A DNA stretch of 63,954 nucleotides, the filler included, from Reticulomyxa filosa (lineage: Eukaryota > Protista > Foraminifera): the NCBI GenBank assembly GCA_000512085.1. It is 22 parts of 22 records of this genome, joined end to end, with 100 filler letters (N's around TTAATTAATTAA, not from the genome) between each part and the next. Parts side by side here need not be neighbours in the genome. Positions count along the whole stretch, not along the records: positions 25,730 to 34,339 come from ASPP01048521.1; positions 34,440 to 36,119 come from ASPP01003482.1; positions 36,220 to 43,836 come from ASPP01004613.1; 19 more parts are not named here. One strand, given 5' to 3'. A program made the position numbers and the translations under genes. This document shows, piece after piece, positions 26,813 to 39,600 of this stretch. Position 1 is the stretch's first letter. The number at the start of each line of letters is the position of its first letter. The notes under the pieces are model-generated. The model saw only the letters and a program-made list of their open reading frames with translations. It was not told the DNA's origin and made no database searches.

Positions 26813-28500
26813 CTATCTTGTATCTTTCCGCAATGTTGTTATTTTTTTTTTCGACAACTTCGCAATATTTTTTGATGCGTCGTTAGCACTCTCGATCTTG
26901 TTAGATGCAACTTGATAAGCGCAGTCTGTGATCCAAAATACGGCACAGCGGGCATATTGCCTGATTTGTTCTTCATCCCGCTCCCTAGTTTCCTTCAATA
27001 TTTCTTCAATCTCTTGAGCCGACTTTCACAAAGAATATAAGTAATAGAAAAATAATGTAAAGAAAAGAAAAAATAATGCAATTAGCATTGAAACAAGCAC
27101 AACAAACAGCAATTGGAATATTTAATAACTCTTGATTATCATATCATATTAAAGTAGGCCAAGTAAAATAGCCAATATCATTACAATCACTCTCTTTTCC
27201 TAATATTACTTTGTTGATTTTCGCTTTCTTTGAAATTTAATTCCAATCCAAAATTAAAGATGAAATCAAATCAAAGGATAAGGTTTTAAAGAAGGTCTTG
27301 ATAACAACTCAACATACTTTGTATACATTCATTCATTAACGCATGTTTTTTTGTATTTAATTCATTATTATCTTTTTTTTCTTTTTCTTCTTGTTCTATC
27401 ATTGTATTAAAAATTGAATCAGATAAATACTTAAAGTTTTCACCTTCTTTAATAAGTTATTCTTTTAGTTTTGAATTAATGAATTGTTCTCCATGTGGAA
27501 GTAATTGTGTGACTGAAGAAGTAAATTGTTCTTGGAACACAGTTTGAAAGTATCTTTGTGCAGTTTCTGTATTTATTCCAAATTATTTTTGTAAGCATTG
27601 TAATTGTTTATCACAATACGATTGTATAAATTCATAAGATAGTTTCAAAATTGTGAATGATACACAATGCGCAAATCTTGCCAAAAGTGCTGAATCAATT
27701 TTTTTGGTTACTTACTACTTTTTAACTGTGTCATTATTTCACTTGTATAATTTACTCGATAGTTATCGCGTATTGCATTGTAAGCTGTCACGATTTTTTC
27801 ATTGCAGAGAATTCACTTTCAATTACCACTCCTATTGTTAACTCACAAATCCTTCCTCGCAAATCTTTCACTTCATCAGACAATCAGCTGTGCTACATTA
27901 TTACATAAGACCAATTGATCATTTTATGATTTTTGTTTTCTGCTGTAAAAATGGAACTTTTTTAAAAAGGATTAGACAAGTAGATAACGACCATTAGATT
28001 GTGTTTTTTTTTGTCGAACACTTTATATTCTTTGGACTGTGCTTATAATTTTCCAATTCACTTATCAATTTTTCCATGTTCAATGAACTCAAAGAGCTTC
28101 TATATTTTTCATTTTGCATTTTTGTGTTATTAAATTGAGTCTTTTGCAGTTGGTACTCAGACTCCAATTGTTTGACTTTCTCGGTCGTGTCGCTGACTTG
28201 TGTCTGAAGCTTCTCTTTGTCGTTTTTCAAGTTTTGGATTTGTTAATTTGCTGTTGTTTTTCATGTTCCAATTTTTTCACATGTGTTACTAACTGACTAC
28301 TTCGAGTATTGGCTTGTTCTATGTCCATCTTCAAACTGTCGTTAATCTTGTTGTATTCTTCATTTTTTTTAGTTACGTTTTGGTTTTTGGTTCGCTCATC
28401 TTGCAGCTTTTTTTCTAATTGTAGAAATTTTTCTCTGTTTTTTTTGTTTGTTTTGTTATCATTGCTTTATAGGTTACTTGGAATATTTGTTCCTTTTTTT
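26813..28500 (-). pseudogene. Unnamed family member B: coiled coil + decayed IGYFTWP domain
   Basis: Reverse strand near 27150-27290 reads ...LGKESDCNDIGYFTWPTLI* with stops. Coiled-coil ORF 27994-28230 is upstream. AVFWITDCAYQVA (26813-26998) matches copies A and C. Confidence 0.6.
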
Positions 28501-31500
28501 TTTTTGTACAAACAGAAATTCAGTCTAAGCTGATTAATTTGTTCTGCCTGTGGACTAGTCTGTGTTGTAACACCGCAATCACTCAAAATTATTCGAGATA
28601 TTTATTCAAATTAAATGTATTTTTTTTGGATCTAACTAAACAAATCCAGATCTTCGCATCCGGGGCCTTTTTTTTTTTTGTGTCAGTTTTACTATTGCTT
28701 TGGCCCAACGTTAGATTTGAAAAAAAAAGGGTCAAAAATGTTGTTCATGTATCCGACATACCTTCGCTCACATTTTACTATCAATGCTTTTCGATTTTTG
28801 TCTATATAGCGTAAATGCTGCTATGCTCCAAGGACAATTCGGTTATACAGGTTAATGGTTGCGTAGGTCCTGAACTCCACCAGCCGCAACTATGCTCAAG
28901 ACAATGGACTGGTCTTTTGCTATCGATCAACTTTTGGTTCACATCCCCCATATTTGTGTTGTCAGTATGTTATCTTTAGAATTCATTTGAGAAGAACGTG
29001 CATTGGATAAAGATGAAAAAATGATGGTGAAAAAAAGAATGTGTATGAAACTGCATTGGCTATCATCAGTTGCATGCAAGAAATAAAAAAAGGAAATTTA
29101 CTTTTATCCATTGGCTCGTGTATATACGTTGACGATAAAAAAAAAGCTTAACAGCACACATACACAATAGCAATGATAAATACGTAAAAAAAAAAATAAA
29201 TAAACTATCATTAATGATTTGTTTTAAGGAGGAATATACAAAAGTCTTCCTGCTATCGTTTGCACGATTAATCCGCCTTTGGCCTGAATACTATCAACAA
29301 ATGGATCTTTTTCTTCGACTAACACAAGTTCCATTTGCTTGCTGTTGTACCAACGAAACTTTTTTTGTTTGTCAATTTGTCACTTAAAAAATAAAAAGTG
29401 GCCAATCAATAATCAACAAAATATACTGCCCCAAGAAGAACAAACTAGGTTCTTAAAACTATCTTCTAATTGGCTGGTTTCAATATTATCCTATGCGAAG
29501 ATGCGAGGCTCTGATTAAAAAATCGAGGGGAAGAAAAAAACTAAAAGCACTTTGAAACTTAACTTGTATTTGTTTTGCTCTTTTTTCCTCTTCTATCATT
29601 TCGTTAGATGCCATCTGTTTCTGCTATTCAATCTTGTGGTTACATGTTTGTGCAAATTTTTTTTTTTGAACAAAAAAGAAGACAGACTGTTATTGCCACA
29701 CTATGAAAACATACACAAAACAGACTCACTTTGTCTGGGATTTGCTGTGAGTCTTCCTTCAAACACTTATTTTGATCCATTTCACTTGCTTTTTTTGTAT
29801 CAAGAATAGTGATTTCGATCTCTTTTTCTTTACCAGTATTGTCGTCAGTGGTGGCTCGATTTTCTTTGTCTACGTAAGGGCTACTAGAGATGGTTGGCAC
29901 AGTTTATGGCTGTGGCATAATATTTGAACATGATTCCTGAAAGAGCTGAAGCGACACTGAAAATGATTAAAAAAGAAAAGTAACTCAGAAACACTATGTG
30001 CCCCAAGTATTTTCAATTTATGGTCATCTAAATCTTTGCTTTGGACTGTCTTCTCAAAGTGAGTATTCGCTTCACAAGTGACCATTTGGATTGTCTTTGT
30101 TACTTGCTACTTTCTCGTTTTGTGTAACAGTTTCGGTACTAAATCAAACATTTAAAAAGTAGTGCCACCTTATTATAAGCAAGAAACAAGAATGTACCTC
30201 ATTGGCCGATTTTCCTTTTCTGTTTAACTCTAAACTTCCCTTTCAAGTTAATGTGCAAAAAGGGCTTGACGCAAAGACTTTCGAACAACACGAAACAAAC
30301 CTTTCATCAATTTTGTTTTTAGAGTCTTTCCACTCAAGTTGTCAGTTTTGAATGAACACGTCATTTTATGACCACCAAATAAAAGGGAATGGGTATTAAA
30401 TCGATTTTTTTATTTAATACTCTGTTAAATTAAAAAATATTCAAAATTACAGTAATCAATATTTATGGAAGCACTTTGGCAGCTAGAGTTTTGCAATTCA
30501 ACATTTGATGTGAATTGTAGAAAAGGGCTAGCGAAAAAATAGCAAAGATACCCAAAGACAATGACAAATTGATTACACATGGGACCTCACTTTGATCAAG
30601 GGGAGACAATATCAAAAGAACAAACATGATTTTGGGAAGATAAAAATTCTGGATGTAATGACTTGCTCGCAAGTGTCAAGAGAATATAATATATTTGGAG
30701 TATTATGAAGCTATTCCACAACAAAAAATAGTCAATTTGTTATTTTTATAAGTGTATTTCCTGAAAATAAGTATATTTTATTTTAAATAAAATTCCAAGC
30801 GAAGACAATGATTTGTGGAAGTATGTTATAAAGCACTTAACAACTCAATGTGCAAAACACAAATCTCAGCTATTTTAAAGTGAGTTGCCGCATTGCAATG
30901 ACGCCCACACTACTGATATTGCTACTAGCAATGTAGGATATCAGTGTGCCAGTATGTAGGCAATGATACTTGTCACAATGTGACTTCTTGTATAAATACC
31001 CAAGACGAACTCCTACATATTGGCCAACCAAACAACCCTTTTGATGTTGTACCATCCCCAAAAAGTTCAGAAGAACTTTCCAAACATAGCTTGGCCCTAA
31101 TGCGGACAAGTCACTTTAAATTCGGCGGGCTTTACACATTAAGCTAAGGCCACCTCAGAATTTTGTAAGCTTGTAACATTCTTCCAATCCACAACTCCCA
31201 ACAACAAGTTATTTTTAAATACTTTCAAATAATCTTTTTTATATAAAAACACACATAGTCCGAATACGCAAAGAACGAATGTTTTCGGATTTTAAAAAAA
31301 AATTAAACTAACTTTGACAGGCATCAGCATTATGATCCATATTCAATAAAAAAAAAACACTTTTAAAAAAAATTTTTCCAGAATAAAGAAAAACTTTTTG
31401 GCTTGTTGTTCTTCGGCCCAAGTCCGAGTAACAAAGCTAAAAAGCTTTAAATAAATAAAGACTAACTTTTGCTTTCTTTTTTGATAAATCAATAAGAAAG

Positions 31501-33397
31501 TAATTTACAAAAAACAAACGAAAATAAAAGCAAGTTACAAACACAACAACAACAAAAAGGGTCACTCAGAACTTTGGTTATAACTCAGAAATATCAAATT
31601 TTATATAATTTCTTGTAGTTTTTTCGAGTTACAGATTCAGCATTTGGCTACTGCTAATCTCTTTCAGTAAAAAAATTGTATTACAATTATCTTACAAATT
31701 ATTGAACAAAAATTAATTGAACTTGCAAAAATTATTGGAAAAAAAAACAACGACGATTATTTATTTAAATATCAATGTGTAGTTAATGTTATTTGATAAT
31801 ATTGTTGAAAATGTGATTTTGGAGTATATGTGCATTTGATAATTAGTTGTTGCTATTCAATATATGAACACATTTTGTATTCAATTAGATATTATCACAA
31901 GAAAGCAAACAATAACATCAAGGATTAATTGTATTAATAGCAATAAATATATGATATGCAAATCAAACACTACAATGACAAATTCGTAAAAAAAGAATTT
32001 TAAACACATACTTGTGCAATTCACGTCGAAATTTCATTGTCATTTTTTTTATTTCAATATTTTACAAAAAAAAATAAAATGTATATGACAAAAAAAGTAT
32101 TCTATGTAGTGAACAGGTGATCACAGAGATGCAAAAGTAAGTGAGAGTCTGATTGTTAATAAATTTAATGAGCTTTCTTTGATTTTGCCATTACTCAATC
32201 ATTATCTTGAGTGTAATAATGAGATAAGGTGGTTGATTAACGAATAACATGATCTTCAGAGTCTCAATTATTATATCAGGACAAATCGATTTCACATGAT
32301 ACCATAAAGAAAAATTCGCATACAAAGATGGAAAAGAAATACAAATCAATTAATCGGTTGTTTTGAAAAAAGTTGACGTGATTGAACACGTGCAACAGTT
32401 CTCTCAAGAACAAAAAAAAGCATCTTTACACTCAAATTGCTACTTTTGAATGGGCACGTCAAACAAAAGAAACCATTATTTTTTGTTTTGTTTAATGCAC
32501 TGTTAAATTAAAAAAATATTCAAATTACAATTGAAAAACGTTTTTTGGTTTTTGTGTTATCATTTTTGCCAATTAATATTCGTTAGAAATGTTGGATATT
32601 GCATAAAAGCAGACAAATAATGAATAGTATATCATATTCAAAGTTATTTTGGGATAACATTTTTATAATCAAAAATGACGGGTTTTGATATAGTACTGGG
32701 GAAAAAGAACAAAAAAAAAAAGGAGCAAATGAATCATTGAACGAACGTGACAAGTTGTTATTATGTATACCATTAGAGACTCGTTTATCCACTTTGTAAG
32801 CCTTGCACATTTTTTTTCCATTTCTCTGTTGCTGGTTTGTATTAAAAAAAGAAGTAACAACGTAGATTTGAAAACAGAACACAAATTTCCTCAATGTATA
32901 CATTTCTTCGATTGGTCACTGGTTCTATATATAACATGTATGCAAACAAAAATTTAATGTAATCAAGATCTTTTTGATATAGTTTGGTTAATAAATAATG
33001 ATACTAACGACTTTGATGATCTTTTTAATGAAACTTGCAACAATGTATTCTATGGAATTAGCTTTAGGTTCTTATATTAGGTGGTTCTGTGGATATCTTC
33101 ATGATATAAAAAGTGCAGAATTAAGTGGGGAAATGCTAAGTAAGGCAATAATCCAAGATTTTAAATGAGACACAAAATAGTTCGATTTGTATGGTTGCTG
33201 CTTCGAAGTAGATAAAAATAAAATTAATTTGAAGTATTTAGAATAATATTCAGATTCAACAGAGCAGGATTAAATACCTGGCTGTGATGTTAACATGTTT
33301 TTTCTCATCCTTCACAATTGATTAAACGAATTTCAAACAGACTTCAAAGTTGTTTCACATTTATTGCAAGACAGAAATTTTAAAAACTAGCAACAGT

Positions 33398-34339
33398 CTA
33401 ATTGGACTTGTCACAGAGTAAAACAGAATAAGACAATGGCTTCATTGTATTATTAGAATATACACCAACACCAGACCAAATAAAACAAAAATTCATCCTC
33501 TTTGATCCTTGGAGTTCCTTAATCATTGTTTTGGTGTCATCTTCAAGTGTTGGATAATAACTTCTGTGCCGCAACACCAATTTTGGTACAATTTGTAATC
33601 CCATCTGAAATAGCTTGTGCATTTTACATGCATACTCCATAATTTCCTCTTTAGGTCTTTTTTTTGTTTGTTTCCCTCTTTTTTAAAGTTTTGTAATTCA
33701 CAAAAGAGACACTTCAACTCTATTTCTGAGATGCGGTATCTTATTTTTTTCAACATTAAGTCCTCAATGGCCTCTGTTATGTTCTCAGCATTCATTTTAT
33801 TCATGAACCCGTGATATGCAAGTTCATAAGCACTGTCTGCAAGGAAAAATAGGAAATAGTGGTGCCAGTCATTGTGATCCTTTAAGATATCTCTAATCTT
33901 TATGGCCAGCTTTACAAAAAATAACAAATTTCAAAAATAGTATAAGAAAAAACAAATAAAAACGAATCAAAACTAAAGATCTTGTTTCTCGCATCTTGTT
34001 GTACTGTCCAATCCACTCCTCTAACACATGTGATATTTTAAATTGTTCAATTTTTGATTCCTTTTGATCCTCTGAAGTAATTTGATGATTAGACTTGACA
34101 TTATGTGACATATTATTATTTCCATTGGATACAATCACGCGGAAACTAGCATAGCAAGCAGCGATTGGAACATTTAATAAGTCGTTTGTATCACATCGAA
34201 TTAAAGATGGCCAAGTAAAATAACCAATATCATTACAACAACTATCTTTTCCTAAAAATTCTTTTGCGATTTCAGGTTTTTTGGATTGAATTTGATGATT
34301 TAGTTGAGGATTGGAAGTAAAAATTAAAGGATAAGGTTT
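33398..34339 (-). CDS. Unnamed family member C, 5' partial, frameshift near 33660
   Basis: KPYPLIFTSNPQLNHQIQSKKPEIAKEFLGKDSCCNDIGYFTWPSLIRCDTNDLLNVPIAACY...FLADSAYELAY...FIWSGVGVY. Same intron position as copy A. Confidence 0.7.
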
Positions 34340-35469
34340 NNNNNNNNNNNNNNNNNNNNNNNNNNNNNNNNNNNNNNNNNNNNTTAATTAATTAANNNNN
34401 NNNNNNNNNNNNNNNNNNNNNNNNNNNNNNNNNNNNNNNGGTCAATCAATCATCGGTGTGTGAATCGGTATGCATTATGGTGAGATTAGCAGGACAGCTC
34501 AACACTGCCAAGTGCATCCAAAAGTATAGCGATATCAAACGACAAATACAAACGCTGCTTTGAAAGAAGAGTAGTTGGAAATCTTAATAGTGAATTATGC
34601 CGCAACTGACAAGATATCGTTTTTTTATGTCAATCATATCATTTCATAATTTAACAAGCGAAATGGTCGAATCAATGATGAAAAAGAAAAGACTAACATA
34701 TGAATAACATCAATAACAATTATATCTATATTTATACTAGTGACTTTATTTTCAACAGAATGAGCAAAATGACATTTTATATCTGAAAACTTATGTATTT
34801 TCTCGTATTTTTGCACATTAATTTTGAGTAGATTAGTTGTTGATCAAATGTGCAAACATTACAAACAATGTGTTCATTTTGAACTAAAAAACTAGTGAGT
34901 TTTTCAAAACTTAATTATTTTCTTTTTTTGTTCTCATCTTTCTTTGAAAAACACAGCTGCATTGCACAGAATCATGCAACTTCCCTTTTGCAAACTATTT
35001 GCAATGCAAAAACGACAATACTTACATTGAGTACACTATCATAAAGATCCAAACGTCAAACAAGTATCAAAACTTTTGTTTTTCAAAACTTAATTATTTC
35101 GATTCATTTTGTTGTAATGCTCTTTCTCAAAAACAAAGCTGTATTGCACAGGTATCACATGATCATAAAACTTTCCTTTTGCAAACAGTAAGACAGAAAA
35201 ACACATTTGCTCAATTTTTTATAATTTTTTTTATTGTTGTAGTATGAACATTTTGATCATTGCAAAAAGTCTGTACCACGCTTACTTTTTTATTAAGATT
35301 TTAATGTGTTCAAAAAAAATTGAGTGTCAAAGCAAATTTGCAAGTCTTAAAAAAAACAATTAATCTAAATATTGATTACACTCAATTATGTTCAAAATTT
35401 AAGCAATTGGCTTCATTTCTGTAAATTCACTTCGTAGTTTTCTTGTTGACTGGCTGTTGTTGATCTAGA

Positions 35470-36119
35470 GACTTGTCATTGGCATAACCTTCATTAGCTG
35501 GTATCACATTTCAGTTTGCTCGCTAAGGCAGTATTTTTCACTCTATCTGCAAATTGTAGTGAGCAAAAGGTTTCATCTAAATCTCGGACAGATGGTAAGA
35601 TGTTCACAAACATCAATGTCTTTGACTGACATCCTATATTTATTTATTTTCAAAAAAAGAAAAGTGTTATAAATCATTTCAAATCAAATTACAAGAAACT
35701 TACCCAAAGAATCTTGCAACAAGAAAATCAATTTACTGTTTCGATAAGGTACATATGGATCTATTACGAATAACAGCAATAACATTGCCCGAAGCGATTA
35801 ATGTTTCTTGCCTCTATCATTCTCTCACCAACGGTTCCAAATCTCTCAGTTCGTTTACTTCCAGCCAAGTCAATAAAATGCAATTTGCCAAAGGGTCTGT
35901 CATGAGTGACATGATTATCTCCAATCACTTCAATAGACAATATACTATGAGATCGATTACTATGTTCAGTTAAATTGGTCACACATATCCATCGATTAGT
36001 CCCACCTGTTTCAATTGCACGAAACACATTCCCCATATCATGGCACTCTCTCTTTATCAAGTTATCAATTTGCAACGTTCCATCTTTGTTTGTACCTTTG
36101 ATCTTCAAACTCACAACTG
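35470..36119 (-). pseudogene. Kinesin motor domain C-terminal half (kinesin-14-like), decayed
   Basis: TNLTEHSNRSHSI (switch I, altered), GKLHFIDLAGSKR (switch II, E to K), YVPYRNSKLIFLLQDSLG, KTLMFVNILPS...ETFCSLQFADRV. The SLSAL segment is deleted and there are frameshifts. Confidence 0.85.
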
Positions 36120-37193
36120 NNNNNNNNNNNNNNNNNNNNNNNNNNNNNNNNNNNNNNNNNNNNTTAATTAATTAANNNNNNNNNNNNNNNNNNNNNNNNN
36201 NNNNNNNNNNNNNNNNNNNAGTTTTTTTAAAATTCATTAGGAAACACTGTTGAAAAAAAAAGAAAAAAACAATTAAAAATAGTTTATAAATGTAATTTAA
36301 ATAAATCACTTCTACCATCTTTTTGTAATTGAACAAAGCAACATTTTTTGACTTTATTATGGCAAAAGATTGTTTTCTGATTCCATCTTTTTGTTTGAAC
36401 AACAAAAAGTTTTTTAAATTGAGTTTTTTTTAACCGACTGACCGTGAAGAAAAAGTATAATGATAAGTGTAGGATAAGTCCCTAATATATATTACTAAAC
36501 TCTGAAAGAGTTGAGGAGCCCCCAGTGTGTTAAATTTCTCCACAAACTTTTCTTCACGCTTTGTTTGTTTTCTTTCTTTTATTGTGTTATTTATCTCCCA
36601 TTTACTTAATTTACTTTTGTTTTATCGAAAGAAGATCTCTTTTTGAGTAAAACTTTTCGTATTACACTTAGTGTCGTCTTATCAGCAGCAGACGTCCCAC
36701 ATAAGTGAACCCTAAAAGTACCAGACAATGAGCAAAAATTGCAATAAGAACACAATATGCTTGGAATGTGATAAATAAAAATAAAATACTATTTTTGCAA
36801 AAGATATTGGTTCAATTTTTGGACAAAACTCAATTTAATCTTCATAATAAATCCAAATAACCAAATGCAGACAACAAAATTACGTTTTTTCTTGCATTTT
36901 TAAGACTACATTAAAGAAATGAGCAATATTTTTTAAAAGCGTTGTTATGTTAATTTACTGCAAGATAATATTTGTTTAATTAAAATGCAAACAAATTTGA
37001 ATAAAAGTTTCTTTGATTGTTGGCTGTGTTAATGCTGGTCAAAATAATGTGTTATCACTTCCACTTATCAGTTTTTTCGTTTTCTTTTGGATTAAATGTA
37101 AATAAGCATTTTACGTTCAGCTTTAAAGTTTTCCCTTTAAGTTCTAAGTTCGGTGTTAAAAAGTAACAACAGCGTTGAAAGAAAAAGAAAATA

Positions 37194-38220
37194 TGGAAAA
37201 TACAAGAGAAGAAAAGAAAGTTGATGCTACCTCAACAAAGTGCTTAGGTAATCAAAGAGTAACACACTCCCGTTCAAAAAAAAAAGTCAAAAGATATAAA
37301 ATAATTTGTTTAAAAAAAATCGTATGCATAAAAATTAAATTATGCGTTAATTGATTTTAAAAAAAATATCATGCATAAAACAAAACAAAAAAATGAATAA
37401 ATTACATAGATTGCAGCAGTAAAAAACGACCGCAAAAGAGAAAGCATTTTGAAGAAAAAGACCATAGAACGGAGCCAGCTACAAAAAAACAAAGGGTATG
37501 TTATTTGATACAATATTCATCTTTTTCTTAAAAGCCTTGTGATTCGTAATAGCGTATACATAACACAAATAAAATATGTAAAGCTAAATGAAGCAGACTC
37601 GTTGCAAAGCACCAAGATCACCAACAAGGGCCAGCGCAAGAACAATTGAAAGAGAAATCACATAGCCAGTATCCACAAGATCAACTTGAAAAGCGCGCCC
37701 ATGACCAAGACCAATCAGAAGAACAACATGCCCAACAGTCACAGCTGTTCCAAGAATGGCAAGAATTGCAAGAACAAACACAACAGCAATTCCAGCAAAG
37801 TACCACCAAAAAAAGAGCCATAAGCGAAGCAATAGATAGAAATGACATACAAGAAGCACAACCAGTGACAAAGCGAGCAAGAGTTCTGTTTGTTTTTATT
37901 TGATTCAAACAAAAAAATAATTAAAAAGAATGACATATTTTGTGATTTGTATTACAAGAGGAACAACCGCAGGAACAGCTGCAGGAGCAACACCAGCAGG
38001 GACAACAACCAGAACAACAACAAGACGAACAGCAACGACAACAAAACGAAGAGGACTTGAAAGTGATGGAGCAGATGTTCGAACAGGATTATCCAAATTT
38101 AAGCCAACAGAAGAAGAACAGAGAGAAATTGAAGAAATGGCGCGAGAAGATCTGGAAACTGAACTGATGATTGCGGAGATATATCTTCAATATGTCTCAT
38201 ATATCATTAATATGGTGTAG
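37194..38220 (+). pseudogene. Q/E-rich low-complexity gene fragments
   Basis: ORFs 37646-37903 and the EQ-rich/acidic 37960-38220 separated by intron-like AT tracts. No family recognised. Confidence 0.4.
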
Positions 38221-38309
38221 TTGTTGGATGCTGGCTTTGCTGATTTATGAGACTGGAGATATTTAATTTGATCATTGATTATTGTGGATAGCATTAAGTT
38301 ATATTTAAT

Positions 38310-38640
38310 TAGTCGAATTTGATTGGGTTGGATTGATTAAAGTTTAATTGAGTTACGGTGGATCAATTCGAGTTTATTTGGATCGATTTGTGGTAGCTTG
38401 GATTGCATTGGATTCGATTGGGCTGGATTATGTTGATATATGTATATTTGGATTGTGTTGTCCTATGTTGTGTATAGTTTGGTTGTGTTGAGTTATATTG
38501 TGTTGAGGTGTATTGTGTTGGGTTGAGTTTAATTGTGTTAATGAGAGTTGGAGTGAGTTAGGTTGCATTGGAGTATATTGAATTGCAATGAATTGTACTG
38601 CGCTTAGTAGAATGAGTTGGAGCAGGCTGGATATTATTGA
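38310..38640 (+). repeat. Degenerate 5-bp-period satellite (RRTTG-like)
   Basis: For example gattg ggttg gattg; gattg cattg gattc gattg; tgttg tgttg ggttg agttt aattg. Confidence 0.75.
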
Positions 38641-39282
38641 ATTTGATAAATAAATAAATAATAATAATGAGCCGGAAAGTGGTAAATGAGTTAATAATAT
38701 GCTGATTGACTTGATTGCAATGGACAATATAAATAATAATATCTATATGTTTATAATATGATTTTTAAAAAAAACATAAGTGGACATTGAAAAGGGTAGA
38801 AAGGAACAATGAAGTACCTTGTTGATGATATATATACTTGATTAAACCATTTAAGTCTATGTTGCATTCTATGTTTTTTTAATCTAAGCAAAATTTGTAT
38901 TTTGTTTTTTGTGGTGTTCTGTATATGTGTTATATGATAAGTACAAAAGATATATCAAAAAAGGAAAGTAATGGGAACCAGTATACCAAAATAGAATACA
39001 AAATTTAATTGTCTTTCTTTGCCTCTTTTTATCAGGTTGTTGTTCGACATACGATGATACTACTTATATGTTTATTTTGTGCAAGGTACTCTTGTTCTTT
39101 CTCCCACTCATTAATCAATGTCCCAAATAAAATCAAGTAAAGATAAAACATAATTGTAATATGAAATGATAATTGTCCATGCAAGCAGTCATCGCCCATA
39201 CATGAACTCTTACCACTAGTAAGGCTCCAGTATTTAATAAATAAATAAATAAAATTTAATTTATTATGTCTGGCCTCTTCAC

Positions 39283-39600
39283 ATCAATTCAATCTATCTA
39301 AGTTCATACAGTTCAATCCAATCCAATCTATTTCAATCCAAAATAATTCATTTCACCTCAAGTTAATATAATTCAATTTAATTTGATACAAGCCAACTCG
39401 ATCCAGTATTATTCAATTCATCCCAATTATATTCAATATAGTCCAATACATTCCATCTATATATATTTCAATGTAGTTCAGTTCAGTTAGGTTCAATTCA
39501 GCTCAAGTCATCATACTTCGGTTTGATTTGATTGTCTTAGTTCATCAAATTCTATTCGAGTTTCTTCAATTCAATACGGTTCGATTCTGCCAATTCTATC
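39283..39600 (-). repeat. Degenerate 5-bp-period satellite in opposite orientation (CAATY/CAGTT)
   Basis: For example caatc caatc caatc; gttca gttca gttag gttca attca gctca. Confidence 0.75.
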
